64,000 nt of DNA from Eledone cirrhosa (lineage: Eukaryota): contig OZ024740.1 of the NCBI GenBank assembly GCA_964016885.1, positions 203,608,001 to 203,672,000 on the forward strand. The letters run 5' to 3'. The translations under genes were made by a program, and so were the position numbers. The notes below the pieces were generated by a model. That model had not been told where the DNA came from and made no database searches. It worked only from the letters and a program-made list of their open reading frames with translations. This document shows, one piece after another, positions 62,091-64,000 of this stretch. How positions within the stretch are numbered: position 1 is the stretch's first letter; every line of letters begins with the position of its first letter.

Positions 62091-62898
62091 TTTGTGAAAT
62101 GGGCGGTGGTTGAAATTCAGATGTGCACGGTTAAATGGTAGTAGACGTGGTCGGACTGACATGAAAATTTACACACCTATGTAAAAAGTGCCAAGGAAGC
62201 AAATAGACGCGGTTTCAAATCTTTAACTTTAAAAATGTGGTCCCTGGGGCACCAAAACTATCGCGTTCGGTGAGTTATTTTCCCCTGTTCTAATACTTTT
62301 GTCTTATTTACAATTTCATACAAATAAAGCAGTAAATAAAGGATTATGAGTTCATGCAATTGACTTATGTTTCGTCACTATATATATATATAATATGAAA
62401 ACGCTTTAATAAAAAAAAAAATCAACTGTAATGTATGTATGCATGTATTTATGTGTTTATATGAGCGGGGATATGCAAGTAAATCTTACTTTGTGGACAG
62501 CTGCCCCTTAGCATAATATTCATGCTAGAACAGCATATATTTAAAAGTTTTCAGGGAGTTGAATTACTGATTCTGGTTCGGCAGCTTTAGCTTTGAAAAA
62601 ATGAAATGTGCAGGGTAAACATTTTTTATTATTCCTCCGGGGATGAATCTTCTCTGCATTTTTCCGTCTCTTTCTTTCTCTCTGGAAGAAATCAGCCGTA
62701 GTAAGACCTAAAAAATGGTTAGATACACCATGACGCACCGTGCATCACGGTGGAGTTGAAAAGCAGACTCAGAACATGGCGTTGTGTGGAGTGGCTCGCA
62801 GCCCAATGTTCCAGGAGGAGCAAAAGAAGAAGAAAAAGAAGAAGAAGAAAAAGAAGAAGAAAAAGAAGAAGAAGAAGAAGAAGAAGAAGAAGAAGAAG

Positions 62899-62929
<31 letters not shown>

Positions 62930-63038
62930 GAGCTGGAGTCCTATCAAATATGTAGGTTGTGTCTTAAATTGAAGGTTTAGTAGAAACAATTCATGTATAG
63001 TTTTGTACTTTTCTTTTTGTCATTCATATATAAACAAA

Positions 63039-63420
63039 TCTACTATATAAATTGGAAGTGGTCGGACGTTGTATATGTAGGTGTAGTCGGATAAACGTCG
63101 AAATGGCTTGGTGGAATGCAGCGAAAATTTACACAGTTATGCAGAATGACCCGAGGAGGCGTTGGGTCGACTTTCAAGCTACAATCTTCCATGGTTACGG
63201 AGAAAATCGATGAAACAGGAATTTCCCATTCAAATTGAACTGAGAGTAATCTGTGAACGCAGAAGTAATTATTTCGAGAAACGTTGCAACCGAACGAAAA
63301 CAGGAAGATGATATTTTGGTTCGTGAAGACGTTCCCTGGCAATGAACGGGAAAAAAGCGAGGATAATACGTCGTTATGTGGACCGTGAAGAACAATTTCA
63401 TGCAAAGACAAGACCAAGTT
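63039..63420 (+). mobile_element. Helitron 5' fragment
   Basis: A|TCTACTATATAAATTGG start is nearly identical to 41351-41540; about 63248-63370 matches 34807-34930. Confidence 0.8.
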
Positions 63421-64000
63421 TATGGTATAAATGGAGTCGTTAGACTAATATTCTATTTAAAATAACAGAATGATTTCCAGCCTCGGAGTTTAAGAATGAT
63501 GTAAATAAAATTGAAAACGAAAATGACAGAGGTTATTAAAATAGTAAAAGTAAATAGTGAAGATTTAGGCCAGTACATACGTATGCCCCGACGGACATAC
63601 ACATACATACGCAAACACAAATACATACACCCTCCCCCCACACACGAACGCACGCACGTATGTATAAACCTTATGCATTTCTACAGTATTTTCACCAAAC
63701 TTAAGACATAGGTTACTTATGTACTCCGGATGGTCATGGGCACTGTCATTTTTCCAGATATTGATTATAGGGCCCCCCGGCAGATAACCCCTTTAACCAC
63801 TTCAACCACTTCCTTGGAGTCGACTGAAGCACTGCAGTGCAATGCAACAAAACGTCATAACTTCTGGAGTTCGCAACCGAACTTGACACATGGGCTACGT
63901 TTGTCCTACAGATGAATATGAACTCTCAGAATTGGCACATATTGGGTAGGGGACCCCTTTTGGAAAAAGCCGATAATTTTGTAAAAGTATAGTTTTCGAA

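Overview
Repeat-dense, AT-rich animal DNA; the SINE and microsatellite complement looks like a coleoid cephalopod such as Octopus (inference, not verified). There is one intact host gene, a 3-exon mitochondrial sulfite oxidase (SUOX, + strand, 4185-21204, about 570 aa). The rest is nested mobile DNA: tRNA-derived SINEs, RTE-type LINE fragments (one 5'-inverted), a deleted Gypsy LTR element, a near full-length Tx1/L1-type LINE in (TCTA)n, Helitrons, mariner/hAT/piggyBac MITEs and at least five Penelope-like element (PLE) remnants. The most interesting signal is non-coding. About 15 intact or degenerate minimal type I hammerhead ribozyme motifs, from several sequence-unrelated families, mostly lie in short elements next to (TA)n runs. 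Several form ORF-less palindromes with one ribozyme on each strand, and some fold-back apexes coincide with the ribozyme core or cleavage triplet. A compensatory U3-A8 core variant recurs downstream of a shared CCAAT / GAGCCACTTTT / TATA module. All structures were read by eye; no folding program or database search was run.
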